This document shows positions 19,541 to 29,764 of a stretch of DNA of 64,000 nucleotides, piece by piece. The position numbers and the translations under genes were made by a program. The first letter of the stretch is position 1. The number at the start of each line of letters is the position of its first letter. Origin of the DNA: a virus (Duplodnaviria; Heunggongvirae; Uroviricota; Caudoviricetes); the IMG/VR virus record IMGVR_UViG_3300028584_001242, one strand, 5' to 3'. The notes under the pieces were generated by a model. It was not told the origin of the DNA and searched no databases. It saw only the letters and a list, made by a program, of their open reading frames with translations.

Positions 19541-19780
19541 TTAAGCGGCCATAGTCGAAACCATGTCGTGAAGCGGATGGTCTTCGTCAATCATCTGAGT
19601 TTCGGAGTAGAAGCGGGCACGTTGTTCAACCATCTTTTCAGCCGGGTATTGACGAATGCCTTCACTCACCATCACATCCACCAAAGTGGCATTGCTGATA
19701 GAAGGTTCGGCGGTGGTCAGCAAAACAACAGCGAGCTTGTATTGTTTATCGGTCAAGTGCAGGGTGTTTTGAGTATGCAT
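19541..19780 (-). CDS. hypothetical protein
   Basis: Start MHTQNTL; own promoter. Confidence 0.65.
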   Translation of the reverse strand: MHTQNTLHLTDKQYKLAVVLLTTAEPSISNATLVDVMVSEGIRQYPAEKMVEQRARFYSETQMIDEDHPLHDMVSTMAA

Positions 19781-19857
19781 TTTGTAATCCTTGGCGTATT
19801 TGGTTGATGGGTCTATTATACCGCTATAACAGACCAAAAACAAGCTTTTCTAACTGA

Positions 19858-20142
19858 TCATTGCCAGTTTTCAATCTGACGAATGTAGACCTGAAGTGGC
19901 ATAATATCAAGCTTGATATCTTGACCATGTGTTTCTTTGATGATTTTAGAAATCCGAACGGCTTCGGTACTGGCATATTCAGGGGTGCTGAACATCCGAA
20001 TGGATACCGATTTTTGATTTTTTTCAAAGCTGACGATAGCCAAATCATTGAAGCTCTCAACAATACCAGCATTTTCTGAGAAACCAGACCACACTGTAAA
20101 GCCCAAAACTTTTGTCGCATCATCACGAATTAAGATATACAT
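19858..20142 (-). CDS. hypothetical protein (paralog of 57569..57877)
   Basis: MYILIRD...LGFTVWSGF...FST-EYA matches MYLIAVKD...LGYMFWSGF...FTT-QYA. Confidence 0.75.
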   Translation of the reverse strand: MYILIRDDATKVLGFTVWSGFSENAGIVESFNDLAIVSFEKNQKSVSIRMFSTPEYASTEAVRISKIIKETHGQDIKLDIMPLQVYIRQIENWQ

Positions 20143-20218
20143 AAAAATTCCTTTTGCCTGAATGTGTGAAAGCCCATTATATCGCTATAACAGGCTAAAA
20201 ACAAGCGTTTTCGAGTGA

Positions 20219-20713
20219 TTAGTCAGCCAAACGAAGGAACGCAATATTCACAACCACGAAGATTTCATCATCAGACAACTGAACACGGGAGCCATCAGGC
20301 ATGCCGACAGTGTTAGCCTTCAAGAAAACCTCTGCATCGTAGGGTGCAACACGGCGACCACGTAGCTCAGATCCACCAGAGACAATACGGTCAGTCGCTA
20401 CGAAGGTCACGACCATGCAGGAACCACGCATATCAGGTTCATTGAACTTAGCTGATGGAATATCAGTGATATTACGCAATGTCAGATAGAGAGCTTCAAG
20501 CTCAGGGTCTGTGCCCCCTTCAAGCACGATTTCGACTTCGGATTCAGTGCCCCATTGAGTCAGCAGCCTTTGAGCCGTTTCGGACATTTGGTCTTTGGTT
20601 GCCCACAGACGGTTCAGTGCGTGAAAACCTTGCGGCATACGGTTACGACCACCAACATGTTTGTTGAAAATAGTGTAACGCTTAGAATGCACGGGTTGAT
20701 GAATAGCAAGCAT
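20219..20713 (-). CDS. hypothetical protein
   Basis: 164 aa ORF. Confidence 0.75.
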   Translation of the reverse strand: MLAIHQPVHSKRYTIFNKHVGGRNRMPQGFHALNRLWATKDQMSETAQRLLTQWGTESEVEIVLEGGTDPELEALYLTLRNITDIPSAKFNEPDMRGSCMVVTFVATDRIVSGGSELRGRRVAPYDAEVFLKANTVGMPDGSRVQLSDDEIFVVVNIAFLRLAD

Positions 20714-20788
20714 ATGATAATTATCCTTTGATTTAATGGGTCTATATTAACATAAACCCAAATAGGTGTCTATTTTTTTATGGTGAAA

Positions 20789-21250
20789 TCAAGAATTATA
20801 GAATTCAAGTTTTCCATGAACATTGAAGAAGCCATTAACGAAACCGTTCTTCACAAAACGATTGGCGTCAAACTCAGAAGCAAAGCGACGGCCATAGCTG
20901 CAGTTGTCTATACCATGATAGAGAACTACCCACGGCAGTTCTTGAAAATTGACATTTTTGTAAATATCACTATCAAAAATAGCGGTATCACAGAGAAATA
21001 CGAAAACAGGCACATAGCTCAAACCATCTTTGGCAACAAAACCGATAGGTGAGAGTTCACAATGTTTGAAAAGACGGCCATGAGATTCATCGGGGATTTG
21101 AATATAGCCAACCAGATCATCGAGGAAACCAGCAAAAACATCGGCTTCCATTGGTTTCAATTTGACTGAGCTAGCAGCCACCAAAGTTTTTGGAATCTTT
21201 GAGTCATCAACAAGAAACTCAAGGTCAACTGGTGAAATAGGCTTAGCCAT
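20789..21250 (-). CDS. hypothetical protein
   Basis: 153 aa ORF. Confidence 0.75.
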   Translation of the reverse strand: MAKPISPVDLEFLVDDSKIPKTLVAASSVKLKPMEADVFAGFLDDLVGYIQIPDESHGRLFKHCELSPIGFVAKDGLSYVPVFVFLCDTAIFDSDIYKNVNFQELPWVVLYHGIDNCSYGRRFASEFDANRFVKNGFVNGFFNVHGKLEFYNS

Positions 21251-21368
21251 GTCGAGATACCTGAAGGTGTTTATTTAATGAATGTATTTTATCATTAAAA
21301 TAGGTTTTTGTCGAACAATAAAAGCAAAAAACCCGCCTAAGCGGGTCTTTAATAATCAACATCAACCA

Positions 21369-22004
21369 TCAACGTTTGGATTTGATAACCTTCACCAGTT
21401 CACTGGTATAGCCCATGATGGCCTCACTATGCACATAATTACTGAATTTCAGAGTGCTGGCGAGCTGTTGCTCGTTGAGAATAATCGAAAATTCTGTGAT
21501 GATGGCTTCACGAAGTGTGGAGCATTCTTCATCAGTGCAGTAAACAGAATCTTTGTGGTGATCATGGTTGACATGGGTAATGCTCAACTTATCATAAACT
21601 TTATTGAGGATTTGAACCTCATTGTAGTTCATACGACCAGTGCCAATGATAATGGCACGAGTGAAACGTGTCTCTGGAACATCTGACAACTGAGTTTCGA
21701 GAGCTTCCCGAAGATCACCCACTTGCTCATCAAGAATATCGTTGTTTTCTTTGATAAGCGAGTTGCTGTCTGCAATCATTTCATGAAGTTGGGCAAGGTC
21801 AGCCACAATCCGAGCGGCAATCACACTGAAATCTTCAGGCAATTTGTCTTTTAGTTCACTGATGGCTTCGATGATATATGGAGTGTCCATGAATTGAGAA
21901 TCATCACCACACAACAACAGAGTTGGCAGAGCCGGTTGTTGTTGTTCACGCAGTTGGTTAACAGACATTTCGTAGGTGTCAATGATGTCGATTACAGAAT
22001 TCAT
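21369..22004 (-). CDS. hypothetical coiled-coil protein
   Basis: 211 aa ORF; own promoter and leader. Confidence 0.75.
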   Translation of the reverse strand: MNSVIDIIDTYEMSVNQLREQQQPALPTLLLCGDDSQFMDTPYIIEAISELKDKLPEDFSVIAARIVADLAQLHEMIADSNSLIKENNDILDEQVGDLREALETQLSDVPETRFTRAIIIGTGRMNYNEVQILNKVYDKLSITHVNHDHHKDSVYCTDEECSTLREAIITEFSIILNEQQLASTLKFSNYVHSEAIMGYTSELVKVIKSKR

Positions 22005-22169
22005 GTCATTAATCTCATTGGTTTCGATGGGATAATTATATCAAAAACGAGTTTTTGTGTCAATGAATCTTTATTTTAAAAACAGTCATCACGTATTAAT
22101 AAATAAAACCATCGTTGACTTTTTTATTATTGTGCTAGAATGAATACACACAATTATAAAAATAACAAT

Positions 22170-22532
22170 ATGAAAAAATATCTATTATGCTTGGCTGCTC
22201 TATGTTTCATAGGAGTATCACAGGCCGATTACAAAGTAATTTACAACAACTTAGAAAAGAATTCTATAGTATTCAAGACAAGTGGTGGAACGCCCCCAGT
22301 TGAACCATCAAACCCAACATGTGATGATGACACAGTAAGATCCTTATGGACTTCTGGTTCTATTTCATTTCAAACCCACACTATTAAATGGAATAATGAA
22401 ATAATAACTACGGGTGGAAACTATACAATGAATGAATACACAGCCGATGGTTATCATTATACAAAAGGTGATGTGGTTGTAACAGCCGCCGAATACAAAC
22501 AATATAAAGTCTGTCGAGTAGCTGTAAACTAA
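22170..22532 (+). CDS. secreted protein, short member of the YxYTKG...VCR family
   Basis: Signal MKKYLLCLAALCFIGVSQA; C-terminal domain aligns with 51849..52478 and 52511..53122. Confidence 0.75.
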   Translation: MKKYLLCLAALCFIGVSQADYKVIYNNLEKNSIVFKTSGGTPPVEPSNPTCDDDTVRSLWTSGSISFQTHTIKWNNEIITTGGNYTMNEYTADGYHYTKGDVVVTAAEYKQYKVCRVAVN

Positions 22533-22593
22533 TAACAAAAAAAACGAACAACAAAAAAGCCCCAACGATGGGGCTTTTTAGAAGCAAATAGTA

Positions 22594-22701
22594 TTAACGA
22601 TTACGCAAATCCCATTCAAGATTCTTCGGTTTAGTAGACGTGCCAGAGAGCGTTGCTTTTGCAGGTTCAACAGTTTCATTTTTTACAGGTTCTTTAGCCA
22701 T
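22594..22701 (-). CDS. small hypothetical peptide (35 aa)
   Basis: MAKEPVKNETVEPAKATLSGTSTKPKNLEWDLRNR, overlapping the upstream stop. Confidence 0.35.
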   Translation of the reverse strand: MAKEPVKNETVEPAKATLSGTSTKPKNLEWDLRNR

Positions 22702-22822
22702 ATCTGAAAATATAGTTATATTCAGAACTATTGAATGAACAAAAGGGCTTATAAGTTAAACCATATTTACCACAAACAATACATGCCAGAATAAAGTTTT
22801 TGATGGCTTGATAAATAATCAT
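22694..22822 (-). CDS. small hypothetical peptide (42 aa)
   Basis: Starts MIIYQAIKNFILACIVCGK; GAGGTG RBS. Confidence 0.4.
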   Translation of the reverse strand: MIIYQAIKNFILACIVCGKYGLTYKPFCSFNSSEYNYIFRYG

Positions 22823-22922
22823 GAACACCTCGACTAACAAGCCTACATCATAGCATAAATATCAAAAATGGTCTACTAAACAAAAAAGCTTGAATCAAAT
22901 CAGGCTCGGTCAGCAATAATGG

Positions 22923-23153
22923 TTAGGCTACTGGAATGAGTTTTGGTGTGTCATGAAAATTTGCCATTGGTTTAAATTCAAACCATACTGTGTTATCATC
23001 AAACCAGAAGCTGTGTGGATCAGCCAGACAGAATTCAAAATCAAACGGGTGCCTGTTGTCATCCATTCGATCAAAAAGCTCCTGAACGTTTTTTACACCG
23101 ATACAGCCGCTGAGAACTTTATCTTTTCTGTTGCGAATGATATAAGTATTCAT
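22923..23153 (-). CDS. hypothetical protein (tandem paralog of the N-terminus of 23165..23593)
   Basis: YxxRxRKD...LFD...WFDD-xVW shared. Confidence 0.75.
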   Translation of the reverse strand: MNTYIIRNRKDKVLSGCIGVKNVQELFDRMDDNRHPFDFEFCLADPHSFWFDDNTVWFEFKPMANFHDTPKLIPVA

Positions 23154-23164
23154 TTTAACTTTCC

Positions 23165-23593
23165 TTATCGTGTTGCTTCAAGAATGTAACGAACATAGTC
23201 ATAAAGGTCTTTATCAAGCAAGATAAGCTTGTCTATATCGACAATAATACGTTCAACCGCTTCCGCCAAATAGCCCTTGGCTAAATCTTGACGTGCCATC
23301 ACAAAGCAGGTGTAATCATCGAACATAGGATCAGCCAACTGCCTTTGCAGGGAAAGTGTAAACTCTTTCATCAAGCAAACAGCGGGTTCCAGTGTATACG
23401 AATCATCATCTTTAAACGTCAGCCAGACGTGCTTGTCATCAAACCAATGAGTCGATTCACCAACTTTAGAATATTCAATCAATGTGGGTTCTGTATCTTC
23501 ATCAATTTTATCGAATAAAGATTTATCTGAATCCGCCATCACCACGCCTAAAACAATGTGATCTTTACGGGTGCGGCAAACATAAGTGGTCAT
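23165..23593 (-). CDS. hypothetical protein
   Basis: See neighbour. Confidence 0.75.
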   Translation of the reverse strand: MTTYVCRTRKDHIVLGVVMADSDKSLFDKIDEDTEPTLIEYSKVGESTHWFDDKHVWLTFKDDDSYTLEPAVCLMKEFTLSLQRQLADPMFDDYTCFVMARQDLAKGYLAEAVERIIVDIDKLILLDKDLYDYVRYILEATR

Positions 23594-23716
23594 GAAAAAT
23601 CCTCAATAGTCTTATGGAGTGATTTTAATGGTTTTCGAAGAAAAGGTCAATCTGTTTTGAGCAAAAAAAAGCCCTCAAACAGTCGATGTTTAAGGGCTTT
23701 TGTTGATGAAGGCGAT

Positions 23717-24367
23717 TTACCGAAAAGCGGTGGCAACTTCATTTTTAATCTTGTCATTCCCCACTTCCAGTGCAGTTCTTTCGAGGTCTTCGTAAAAAGC
23801 TGTCACTTTGTCGTCGGTAATATCGACATAAAGCACTTGCGAACGCATGTAGTTGACAGTAGAGAACGAAACGCGAGAATCACCTTTAACCATATCACCA
23901 AAGAAGAACATCGAGTGAGAGTAGCCTTCATGTTTCAAGTTTTCAATAAAGGCTGCTTTGGTTTCTGCCATTTTTTCAAGGGCAATCTCTTTGGTCGATT
24001 CATCACTGAAGTTATACACCATACTCACTTCATTCAAGATGCCATACCCAGAATGAAATTTAACGTAATTTTTGGTCGCCTGATCACCGTTAACAATAAC
24101 AGAGGTGGGTTTGGAAATTTGCAAATACAGACGAACAAAAGAAAGTTCCGAGTTATCTGGAACAGTTCTTAGATCATGACGAAATGCTTCTAAATAACGC
24201 TGCTGGTGTTGAATGTCATCAAACTTCGGGATAACCATCTCAACCGCACCTTTTGAACCGACAGCCTTTTTCAATTCTTCAAACTTAAAAGGATACGTCA
24301 AGGGTTCTGCCAAAGCGATGATAGAGAACAGAAAGAGGCTAAAACCAACCAGAAGCTTTTTAAACAT
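23717..24367 (-). CDS. secreted hypothetical protein
   Basis: Signal peptide ending ALA. Confidence 0.8.
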   Translation of the reverse strand: MFKKLLVGFSLFLFSIIALAEPLTYPFKFEELKKAVGSKGAVEMVIPKFDDIQHQQRYLEAFRHDLRTVPDNSELSFVRLYLQISKPTSVIVNGDQATKNYVKFHSGYGILNEVSMVYNFSDESTKEIALEKMAETKAAFIENLKHEGYSHSMFFFGDMVKGDSRVSFSTVNYMRSQVLYVDITDDKVTAFYEDLERTALEVGNDKIKNEVATAFR

Positions 24368-24499
24368 AGATCACCTATATAATGGTTATTTCGAGATGCT
24401 TATTATATCAAGATTGGCTAAAAACAACAACTTGTAAGCCTACAGGCTAACAAAAAATAGATTTCTGTATGCTTATAGGCTTACAAAAAAAATACCCCA

Positions 24500-24898
24500 T
24501 TAAAGACTTTTGGATTGACCGTTTTCATCTTTGTAACGTCCAAGATGATATTCAAATGAGGACATAGATTTGGTGTTTTTACGATGATTGTAGCTTGACT
24601 TCAAGGACTCATCGAAAATATCATCCACACTTTTCTTGCTGGCATACATTTTGATCATTTTTGCCACAACTTCGGCATCATCAAGGCAATCGGCTCGCAA
24701 GCTGAAATACACAGCCGCCCCAAAGTGACCATTGAACTCCAGTTCTTCGGCGTGAGTCACACCAGACAGAATCGACTGCAGGTCAAAATGACTGTTCGCA
24801 TCTTGCTCTTGCTCATCGCGTTTTTCAAGGGCAATGAACTGTTTATGAGTGAGTTCTACTCGGTAGCTAACGGAGGTAACTTCGGCTAATTTTTTCAT
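24500..24898 (-). CDS. hypothetical protein
   Basis: 132 aa; AGGTG RBS. Confidence 0.75.
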   Translation of the reverse strand: MKKLAEVTSVSYRVELTHKQFIALEKRDEQEQDANSHFDLQSILSGVTHAEELEFNGHFGAAVYFSLRADCLDDAEVVAKMIKMYASKKSVDDIFDESLKSSYNHRKNTKSMSSFEYHLGRYKDENGQSKSL

Positions 24899-24996
24899 AA
24901 CATCACCTATATGTTTGATACAGCATTATACTACAATTTTAAATGTTAAACAACAAAAAGGCCACCTAAGTGACCTTTTGAAACCATCAACTGATA

Positions 24997-25434
24997 TTAA
25001 GACGCAATGCTATCAAGATAAGCTTTACGGTGTTCAAATTCTACCAATACATAGTATGGTTTGACAACAAGTTTGCGGCGTTCTTTGTAATCTTCAATCC
25101 CATGCACGTCTTTGATATGAGCCATCGCCATGCTGTGTTGCTGGTGTTCATCCATCCGGCGACCTTTGTTAGAGCGACCAAAATCTTTCTGGCAGATTTG
25201 GCAAGATGTTGCGTGAAGGACATTTTCAAAGTATGGGCCAATCAAATCTTGTTTAGCACGAAGACGTTGCAGCAAATCATAACCAGACTGACCACCATTG
25301 CACTGAGAGTAATAAGGCGACATCATACCAAGAGCACTATCAAGCTCGTCCATCAAGTCCAATACTTCATCGTTCGTCCACACTTGTTTTTCTTGGGTTT
25401 GTTCAACTACTTGACTTTCGATGACTTCTGACAT
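24997..25434 (-). CDS. hypothetical protein with C2H2-like zinc finger
   Basis: CQIC...AHIKDVH. Confidence 0.55.
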   Translation of the reverse strand: MSEVIESQVVEQTQEKQVWTNDEVLDLMDELDSALGMMSPYYSQCNGGQSGYDLLQRLRAKQDLIGPYFENVLHATSCQICQKDFGRSNKGRRMDEHQQHSMAMAHIKDVHGIEDYKERRKLVVKPYYVLVEFEHRKAYLDSIAS

Positions 25435-25508
25435 GATGTCTGACCTATTCGTTTTGATGAGGCATTATAACATGAATATCACCAAACAAAAACCATTTTT
25501 TTTGAAAA

Positions 25509-25814
25509 TCAAAGGATAAAACCACCAAGTTGATAAAGACGTTTCTTTAACTCTTCATCAGTAGCTTTGCTGAAAAACCCAATCTGTTGTTTTCTGATGG
25601 TCGATTGGGCCGTCATGTAATGGTGGTAGGGTTCAAACCGGCAAGGTTCCAGTGGGCCAACAAAATGGATGGTGTGAGGCCATTTAGTCTTATACGGAGC
25701 CTTTATTAACTCATAATCTATTCTTGAAAAATAAATAGGAACATAGAGAACCAATAAGATTGAGCCACCAAAGACGTAAAAAATAAAAGCATATGCTGCC
25801 CATTGAGCGATCAT
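25509..25814 (-). CDS. membrane-anchored protein, FxGPxxPC family
   Basis: N-terminal TM helix; FVGPLEPC motif shared with 26545..26871. Confidence 0.7.
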   Translation of the reverse strand: MIAQWAAYAFIFYVFGGSILLVLYVPIYFSRIDYELIKAPYKTKWPHTIHFVGPLEPCRFEPYHHYMTAQSTIRKQQIGFFSKATDEELKKRLYQLGGFIL

Positions 25815-25909
25815 GATTTGTCTCCAAATATTTTGAAAAGTATAACATGAAATATGATATTTAATCAACAAAAAAGCCCCTTGTGGGGCTTTTCTAAAGA
25901 GCAAACACG

Positions 25910-26245
25910 TTACGCTGGCATGTGGTCTTCTTCATTTACTTGAAGTGCAGCGATTTGTGCTTTCAGTCGGTCAATTTCAGCCAGAAGGCTGTCAACGACT
26001 TCAATCGAGTAGGTTGGAAGGACATTGCGAGGGTCAGTGTATTCATGGCAACTGCCAGTGCAACGACCAAAGTCACGAGTCGTATAGCGGTTTACACCCG
26101 ATTCATCTTCCATCGACTCATAAGTTGTGCCTTTGTTATGAACCTTGACGAAACGAACAAGACCACCACCCTGAGTGCGGTAGAAGTTGCCCAGAACGTA
26201 AGGGACAGGCTTGATATTCAGCAGGATTTTATTGACATCGACCAT
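25910..26245 (-). CDS. phage-type hypothetical protein
   Basis: 111 aa; C-terminal coiled coil. Confidence 0.75.
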   Translation of the reverse strand: MVDVNKILLNIKPVPYVLGNFYRTQGGGLVRFVKVHNKGTTYESMEDESGVNRYTTRDFGRCTGSCHEYTDPRNVLPTYSIEVVDSLLAEIDRLKAQIAALQVNEEDHMPA

Positions 26246-26300
26246 GATTGATTACTCTCGTTGAGTTGATGAAGCATTTTACCATGAATGGATTGAGCGA

Positions 26301-26552
26301 TCAATCTTTCTTTCGATATCCTTGTGAGTCTGAACCCGGATTGCCCCATGTGGGACAATGCTTGGCATTGAAAGCGTCTAGCTGCCGAGATGGTATCCAT
26401 TTTGTTTTTTTATTGCATCTGTCACACGTAAAACAAAAGTAAGTCTTTCGATAACGCGAATACTTGCCAGACAAAATAGATCGAGCTTCATAAGAAGGTC
26501 GATAAAAATGCCCTCTAATCATGCAAACAAGAGCCTTAATCAGCTTACGCAT
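26301..26552 (-). CDS. DUF1660-like prophage zinc-binding protein
   Basis: CMIRGH...CDRC pattern. Confidence 0.5.
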   Translation of the reverse strand: MRKLIKALVCMIRGHFYRPSYEARSILSGKYSRYRKTYFCFTCDRCNKKTKWIPSRQLDAFNAKHCPTWGNPGSDSQGYRKKD

Positions 26553-26871
26553 GATAATACCCAAACTTGTTCAACCACGCCTTCATTTCGGCTGTATTGA
26601 ACTCAGCACCAAACCATTTGATATCTTCATTTCTGATTTTTGAAGACGCAATGGTATAGGAACCTGCAGGACTTTCTGAGTATGAGAAATAGCAAGGCTC
26701 TAATGGGCCTACGAAGTCTTCCCTTTCTCTCCAATCAGGTTCTTTGGGGTAAGGTGTTCCATTGGCCTGCATACGCTCAACCGGGCCACGCAGCATAACC
26801 CACGTCATAAAAGCGAAAAGAGCCAAAATAAGAAACCCCACAACAGTAACAAAAATTTCATTGTTCGACAT
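26545..26871 (-). CDS. membrane-anchored protein, FxGPxxPC family
   Basis: N-terminal TM helix; FVGPLEPC. Confidence 0.7.
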   Translation of the reverse strand: MSNNEIFVTVVGFLILALFAFMTWVMLRGPVERMQANGTPYPKEPDWREREDFVGPLEPCYFSYSESPAGSYTIASSKIRNEDIKWFGAEFNTAEMKAWLNKFGYYHA

Positions 26872-26928
26872 GGTTTTAGCTCCTATTTTAGACAATTTTG
26901 TAAGCAACAAATGCCCCGGAGGGCACTG

Positions 26929-27327
26929 TTAGCTGTTTGGTGTGTTTTTGATCGAAAGGTATTGACCCAAGTAGCTGTAAATTCGTTCTTTCGCAATTGG
27001 GTTTTGAGAGTGAACGAAAAAATTGAAGTCTTTAGGCAAAAAGGATGGGTCATCCATATCTTTTTCAACCAACCACTTCGCCAAATCAACGCCTTCAAGC
27101 TCACGCATAAGGTCATTATCGAAGGAAATGAAGTCAGGGCAACCATTACGTTCAATGTAGTCCTGAGCACCTTCTACGGTGGCGAATTTGATAATTTCGC
27201 TTTCATAGGCGAGTTTCTCAATTTCGTGAGCACCGATCAACGGGTAGTAGTAACGGGGATGGCGGATCTTGTCGGGATGAAAAGCGTCGTCATCCAAGAA
27301 CAAGAAAATCTTTTTCTTTTCTGTCAT
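26929..27327 (-). CDS. cyclic-phosphate-processing receiver-like domain protein
   Basis: LFLDDD, ISFDNDL, GVDLAKWL and VHSQNP motifs. Confidence 0.75.
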   Translation of the reverse strand: MTEKKKIFLFLDDDAFHPDKIRHPRYYYPLIGAHEIEKLAYESEIIKFATVEGAQDYIERNGCPDFISFDNDLMRELEGVDLAKWLVEKDMDDPSFLPKDFNFFVHSQNPIAKERIYSYLGQYLSIKNTPNS

Positions 27328-27414
27328 GATAAATTCCTAATATACCTTTAGTTAAGGGATATAGTATATCAAGTAACCAAGTTTATAGCAACTCGAAAGT
27401 TGCTATTTCATAGG

Positions 27415-27771
27415 TTAATCTGCGATGTGAATGTGATTTTTCCAGATTTCAAAGGATTGATCATAGGCACTAACCGTTGATTGCAACAGCAGATGATCCA
27501 CTTCTGATTCAGGTTTGAGTGATTCGATATCATCTTTCATTGCCTTATAGGCATTTTCCAGAATATCAAATTCAGCCCGACTGAGAATAATGACATTCTG
27601 AGTGTCGAGGTTGTAGAACTTTACTGAAATGTCAGTAAGTGTCAACATGCCATTGGTAAATTCTTCTGCGGTCATCTTGCCTGTGAAGAAGCGAGAACGT
27701 AATTCTTTCACAATGAAATCGAACATTTTTTGGTAGAATGAAAAACTAGGTTGTTTAAATGAACTGTGCAT
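27415..27771 (-). CDS. hypothetical protein
   Basis: Start MHSSFKQ after AGGAG. Confidence 0.7.
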   Translation of the reverse strand: MHSSFKQPSFSFYQKMFDFIVKELRSRFFTGKMTAEEFTNGMLTLTDISVKFYNLDTQNVIILSRAEFDILENAYKAMKDDIESLKPESEVDHLLLQSTVSAYDQSFEIWKNHIHIAD

Positions 27772-27866
27772 AATGCCACTCCTATAAGTTGACACTATCT
27801 TATCATAATTAATAATTTTACACAATGTAAAAAGCCCACCGAAGTGGGCCTTTTATATTCATCAAA

Positions 27867-28454
27867 TCAATCAGTTTCAACTTCGGCCATGTGGCGATCT
27901 GGCATGACAGCTTTGATGTCAAGTTTGATATACTTCTGTGTCAGTTCTTCTTTTTCGATACACCCACAATCCCAGTATTGATTGCGAGTGATAATGTCCA
28001 TCAAACTTTTCTTTTTAGGCTTTTCAAAGGTTTCAATGATCGGCTTGATATAAAAGTGAGTAGAGCTTTCACCAACAATCAAAAAAGGAATATCAAACAA
28101 TTTCTCAGAATTCTTGCATACATCAACAGAAGTGATGTCACCAATCACGAAAGAGTTAGTATGAACAATTGCATAAAAACCAGCATGTTGATTTTTAGAT
28201 TTCGCCATAAGACTACGAAGATCGGATTGGTAGAAATTTTCATTGGGGACACCCAAATAATAATTTCCAACAAAACCAACTTTGTAGTTTTCGTTGATTT
28301 TATAACGGTCTTCTGTAATCGAATAGCAGGCGGAATAGCCATTATCAAGGCTACGTGCAAGTCCAATTGGAAGATTAAACAAACGCGATGAATTGTCAAG
28401 ACGGCTGTAAGAATCAAGAATCATGCGGACATTGGACAGGTTCAGCTCATTCAT
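27867..28454 (-). CDS. hypothetical protein
   Basis: 195 aa ORF. Confidence 0.75.
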   Translation of the reverse strand: MNELNLSNVRMILDSYSRLDNSSRLFNLPIGLARSLDNGYSACYSITEDRYKINENYKVGFVGNYYLGVPNENFYQSDLRSLMAKSKNQHAGFYAIVHTNSFVIGDITSVDVCKNSEKLFDIPFLIVGESSTHFYIKPIIETFEKPKKKSLMDIITRNQYWDCGCIEKEELTQKYIKLDIKAVMPDRHMAEVETD

Positions 28455-28525
28455 TTTAACAATCTCATATGATGGTTGATATGTTGATTATACAGAATAA
28501 TCGGTTCTATCACAACGATTATTTC

Positions 28526-28825
28526 TTAATCGAAGTTAACTTCCTTACACTGATAAACTTGTTTTACACGGGTAACTGATTCTTTGGTTGGGTTAAAAGA
28601 ACCTTGATACCAGCGAGATTCCGTGGAAATTTGGCGACCTACAATAGCTTCTTCTTTAGGCACAATGACATCAGCACAAGATTCACCGATGCTATCACGA
28701 ATATGCGACATAGGATTGAGAGAAAAACGCTCAATCTTGTTGCACACTTGAACTTTACAGATTTCACCGGCTTGAACTTGAGACGAAAGAGCAACAATAA
28801 AGAGTGCCGCAATAATTTTTTTCAA
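28526..28825 (-). CDS. secreted Cys-containing hypothetical protein
   Basis: TTG start; signal peptide ending VQA; SRWYQGSFNPTK motif. Confidence 0.7.
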   Translation of the reverse strand: MKKIIAALFIVALSSQVQAGEICKVQVCNKIERFSLNPMSHIRDSIGESCADVIVPKEEAIVGRQISTESRWYQGSFNPTKESVTRVKQVYQCKEVNFD

Positions 28826-28952
28826 AATATTTTCCTCAACTGGATGGAATATGGTTCTAACATGAAAACATATTATACCAAATAACTGTACGAAAATAAA
28901 GTTTTTTGAATAAAAAAAGAGGCCGAAGCCTCTTTAAAAGAATGAATGGTAT

Positions 28953-29294
28953 TTACGAGAAAACAAAGTAAGCTTTATAGCTCTCGTTAAAACCGGGTTT
29001 ATCGTATTTAACTTTCCAACCGGCTTTTTTATAATGGCGTTCAATATCAAGCCAGTTATTTTCAAAAATAGTGTGTCGTTCAAGAACACCGAGTTCAATA
29101 GAACCCAGTTCCAGAATGCGAGTAATAACATCTTCTTGCATCACAGTGGTAGAACCCTTGGTATTGGATTCAGTGATACATTCGTTAAATGCCTGAATAA
29201 CAAAGTCAGGAAAGACTCGTTCCCCTAGGTTTTTCTTAACTTGCTGTTTAGTGATTGGTTGAACAGGTTCTTTCTGTGGAGTAATAGGAGCCAT
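28953..29294 (-). CDS. phage-type hypothetical protein
   Basis: PDFVIQAFN...WLDIE-HYKKAGWKVKYDKPG, a pattern I recall from large phages. Confidence 0.75.
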   Translation of the reverse strand: MAPITPQKEPVQPITKQQVKKNLGERVFPDFVIQAFNECITESNTKGSTTVMQEDVITRILELGSIELGVLERHTIFENNWLDIERHYKKAGWKVKYDKPGFNESYKAYFVFS

Positions 29295-29361
29295 AATCAT
29301 TCCTCTTTGTTGGAGAGTTATTATAACAAATGAAAACAAACTTGTAAATATAAGTTTCTAA

Positions 29362-29661
29362 TTAATCCACCATGACAAGATCATAATCTGAATAATCCAA
29401 TTCGTTCCAAATACCATCATCATAATAACAAAATGGCATAGGCATACCTTCAACTTGAATCAAAACCCGTGGACGTGGGTCATCGTTAACCGTATAGCAC
29501 AAGGAAATCGTTTTGAAAGGTAACCCACACCGCAACTTGAATTCTTTACCAGCCAGAGCTTCATGCAGTGAGAAATCACGCAATTTCTTTTGCTCCACGT
29601 CCATGACAGCAACTGGAATTGGGTTGAACAGGGCTGACAAGAGAGCGGCAACTTGTTTCAT
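29362..29661 (-). CDS. hypothetical protein
   Basis: 99 aa ORF. Confidence 0.7.
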   Translation of the reverse strand: MKQVAALLSALFNPIPVAVMDVEQKKLRDFSLHEALAGKEFKLRCGLPFKTISLCYTVNDDPRPRVLIQVEGMPMPFCYYDDGIWNELDYSDYDLVMVD

Positions 29662-29764
29662 GAAATCACCTACTGGTTGGTTTGAAGCTAGATTATATCA
29701 AAAATCTAAAAAATGGTCAATAAAAAAGAGGCCACAGCCTCTTTCTAGAATGAATGATTCGTCA

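Noticed and set aside
24432-24486. 11-bp inverted repeat TTGTAAGCCTA/TAGGCTTACAA as a mobile-element end
   Set aside because: It is only 55 nt long with no transposase or target duplication, and it sits where a terminator for 24500..24898 is expected.
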